From Takakia lepidozioides (Eukaryota > Plantae > Bryophyta), in assembly GCA_030704615.1 (NCBI GenBank), contig CM060731.1, positions 81,716,001-81,780,000 on the forward strand: DNA of 64,000 nt, given 5' to 3'. The translations under genes were made by a program, and so were the position numbers. Below are positions 60,885 through 64,000 of the stretch, piece after piece; position 1 is the first letter of the stretch, and the number at the start of each line of letters is the position of its first letter. Below the pieces are notes generated by a model. That model made no database searches. It was not told the origin of the DNA and saw nothing but the letters and a program-made list of their open reading frames with translations.

Positions 60885-62090
60885 TGTCAGATTACCAGAT
60901 GTCATTCTGAACACTGCCTCTGCCCTGGTGGACATGTATGCCAAATGTGGGTGCATCGAGGATGCCAAGGGAGTGTTCAACACTATGGCTGAACAAGATG
61001 TGGTGTCATGGAGTGCGATGCTTGCGGGGTATGCACAGCAGGGGTGCGGGATGGAGGCTCCAACCTATGAGCAAATGATGGGGGAAGGGGTGAAGCCCGC
61101 CGACATAAGGTTTGTGTGTGTTTGCAGTGTGTCTGGCAGCCCTGGAAAAGGGCAAAGAGATCCCTGGTGACATGATCAAATCTGCAATTGTTCTAGATGT
61201 CATCCTGAACACTGCTCTGGTGGCCATGTATGCCAAATATGGTAGCATTGAGGATGCCAAGGGAGTGTTCAACACTATGGCTGAATGAGATGTGGTGTTG
61301 TGGAATGTGATGCTTGCAGGGTGTGCAGAGCAGGGGCGCTGGATGGGGCTTGGGAGACCTGAAAGCAAATGATGGGGGAAGGGGTGAAGTTCGACCAGAT
61401 CATGTTTGTGTGCATTTGCAGTGCGTGTGCAAGCCTGGCAGCCCTGGAAAAGGGCATCGGAGGTGCATGGTTGCATCACCAAAGCTGGAAATGTACCAGA
61501 TGGATCAATAGCTACAAGAAACCTGCATGGGTAGATGGTCAACTAGAAGCCGCAGCAGCAGCGGCACAATGATAAACTCAGGCACTGGTAATGAACGCAC
61601 CTTCTTCAACACATTTCACCCCGTTTTTCCCTCTTATCAGAATCAGCCCTAAATTTTCATGTTGAATTCTGCAAGTTAGCTGGTTGAGTGAGCCTTTGAT
61701 AGTTTGGAGCGACTTTGACATGGTACTGCCAATGTGACAATAGGGAAGTATCCATAAACATGTAACAGTTGAGACGAGGAGAAGCTGTGGAATGAATACT
61801 TTTCTGACCCCAGTCAATGGTGGGACAACCGAGGCAAAAAGGTGAATGTCTGTCAGATTACCAGATGTCATTCTGAACACTGTCTCTGCCCTGGTGGACA
61901 TGTAGGCCAAATGTGGGTGCATCGAGAATGCCAAGAGAGTGTTCAACACTATGGTTGAACGAGATGTGATGTCATGGAGTGCGATGCTTGTAGGGTGTGC
62001 ACAGCAGGGGCATGGGATGGAGGCTTTGGAGACCTATGAGCAAATGTTGGGGGAAGGGGTGAAGCCCAACCGCATCACGTTTGTGTGCAA
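60885..62090 (+). pseudogene. Further PLS-class PPR fragments (three decayed units)
   Basis: ALVDMYAKCGCIEDAKGVFNTMAEQDVVSWSAMLAGYAQQG..GVKP at ~60920, 61215, 61890, with stops. Confidence 0.9.
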
Positions 62091-63149
62091 GCTCCAGATT
62101 ACCTATGATTCCCTGTGGATCAATATCTACTACCAACTTGCATGGGTAGATGGTCAACTAGAAGCTGCAGTAGCAGCGGCACAATTGATAAAATCAGGCA
62201 CTGCTAATGAAGGCACCTTCTTCAACACATTCCACCCTGTTTTTCCCTCTTATCAGAATCGGCCGTGTTGAATTCTGCAAGTTAGCTGGTTGAGTGAACC
62301 TTTGATAGTTTGGAGTGACTGACATGATACTGCCAATGTGACAACTGAAAGTATCCAGAAACAGGTAACAGAGATAAGGAGAAGATGTGGAATGAATACT
62401 TTTATGACCCCAGTCAATGGTAGGACGATCGAGGCAAGAAGGTGAATGCCTGTTGGATTATAGAGAGTAGCAGATGCAATTGAGCATAGGAACTAGTGTG
62501 ATAAGTAGGATTGGGGTGTTTGCTGGAACAACTCTAGGCTGTCATTGCAACAAGCCAAAGATGAATGTCCGATTTGTAGGGTGACATACCCTATTGCTGA
62601 AATCTGGCCCTCTTGGATGAATCTGGACCTTCAGCTATCCATGGATTACAAAAAGTAGTAGATGCAATTGAGCATAACTAGAGTGATAAGTTGAGTTGGG
62701 TGTTTCCTAGAACAGATGTAAGCTATCATTGTCAGCTGCTAGCAGCAAAGCAAGGATGTATGCATGGTTTGTGCAGAGGCATGGATAGCTGAAGGAGCAG
62801 GGATGGAATGTGGGTCCAGATTCATCCAAGAGGGCCGGATTTCAAGCATAAGGTTACCTATGATTCCCTGTGGATCAATAGCTACAAGAAACCTGCATGG
62901 GTAGATGTCTATCACCGACCAAAAGGCAGAAAGTAGTTCATGGCTTTTAGCATGCCTGCGGAGACGTAGTGTAGATATAGTATGTCACCCTTTATCATGG
63001 CTGGATTTTGTTGACTCTATTCCAATACTTACTGTCTTGGATTCTATTCTGTTTTTTGAATGGTGAATCTTCAAGAATATTTGGATTTGCAGATTCACTT
63101 CGAATGTATGGGAATTGTAGGAGAATTATATGGGAATGTATGAATCACT

Positions 63150-64000
63150 TACACACCACTCTGGCAATGGTATATGTAAGACTGTGACAGTATGCAAGAG
63201 TGGTTGTACTCCTCCAGATGTAGCCCCAATCACTTACATACCACTTTGGTAGTAATAATTCAAAAACATGGTTCCTACTTGGTGGGACACACTGGATGAC
63301 TTCGTCAGTGGTTTAAGTACACAACCTAATCACTACATCAATACTGGTAGAACCACTTCGTTAGTGGTTTTAGCACACAACCTAACCACTACATTGATAC
63401 TAATAGAACCACTCAGTAAGTGGTTTTAGCACACATCAATACTATTAGAACCACACATTCAGTGATAATATACATTGTTTATTCTCGAATCATGACTATT
63501 AGAGTCATTTAAGTCTCACTCACAGAGTTGTTTGGGAAGTCATTGCATTTTTCAGCACATCCCTAAAATAGGGCACGTGCTCATTTGCAATATTGCCATG
63601 TGTTCAGATAATGGAGCCTATAATCGTCTAACTGGATTCGGCCACGTGTCCATATGGATACGGACACGTGTCCGTCCATTGCTAAGTATGATCGACGGAG
63701 TTGTTGCGTCCACGTCGCATACGGTGGAAGTGGTCTATGTTCTGAAGTGGTTAGTTTACCACTGTGACACGTCATAAGTGGTTAGTTTACCATTGTGACA
63801 CGTAAGCGAACAACTGGACTTGGAGGCAAGTGATCGTAACCATTGTCTTTAACCACTTCGGACATGTCATGTCTTTAACCACTGCTGAGTCAAGATCCAC
63901 TGGTTCTAGACCACTCTGGGGCCAGAGCGGTTGGGTGTCTTTTCCCACTCAAAACACTCAAAATGAGTGGTTGCCAGAGTGGTTATTCCGCGTTTTTCCT
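63150..64000. repeat. AACCACT/AGTGGTT motif cluster, likely transposon subterminal repeats
   Basis: Many copies in both orientations up to the window end. Confidence 0.6.

Noticed and set aside
62560-62820. Possible RING-finger fragments (ECPICR; CMVCAEAW..CG)
   Set aside because: Out of order, too short and lacking the His ligands.

Overview
Repeat-dense eukaryotic DNA with spliceosomal introns, most likely from a land plant (PLS-type PPR fragments, tRNA-iMet-primed Ty3/Gypsy elements, a CACTA transposase); a seed-free plant is my inference. No intact host gene is present, and the window resolves into nested transposons. A Mutator-like (MULE) element, copy B (13193-55610, 9-bp TSD CTCAGATTA), sits in a tandem repeat unit. 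Its transposase is split by a CACTA element (15899-46955, TSD ACC). The CACTA contains a divergent relative, copy C (~16.1-38.3 kb), whose transposase is split by Ty3/Gypsy element G2 (19169-30095, TSD CGCA). A partial third copy, A (6659-~9885), is interrupted by chromovirus G1 (1-6658). Main candidate for a new system: this MULE family has two head-to-head genes, a GCM/WRKY-like Zn finger + DDE + SWIM transposase and an intron-containing gene fusing a ParB/Srx-like domain to a beta-class (N6A/N4C-type) DNA methyltransferase domain. Each copy also carries arrays of 24-30-bp palindromes with a CG-N4-CG core, candidate parS-like or target sites. Second notable signal: the ends of G2 look circularly permuted, as expected if it integrated from a two-LTR circle cut at a palindrome encoded just after the PPT. 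The right end (58-64 kb) is a mosaic of PPR fragments and a spliced TRF4-like nucleotidyltransferase fragment. All domain calls come from motif recognition by eye; no searches were run.
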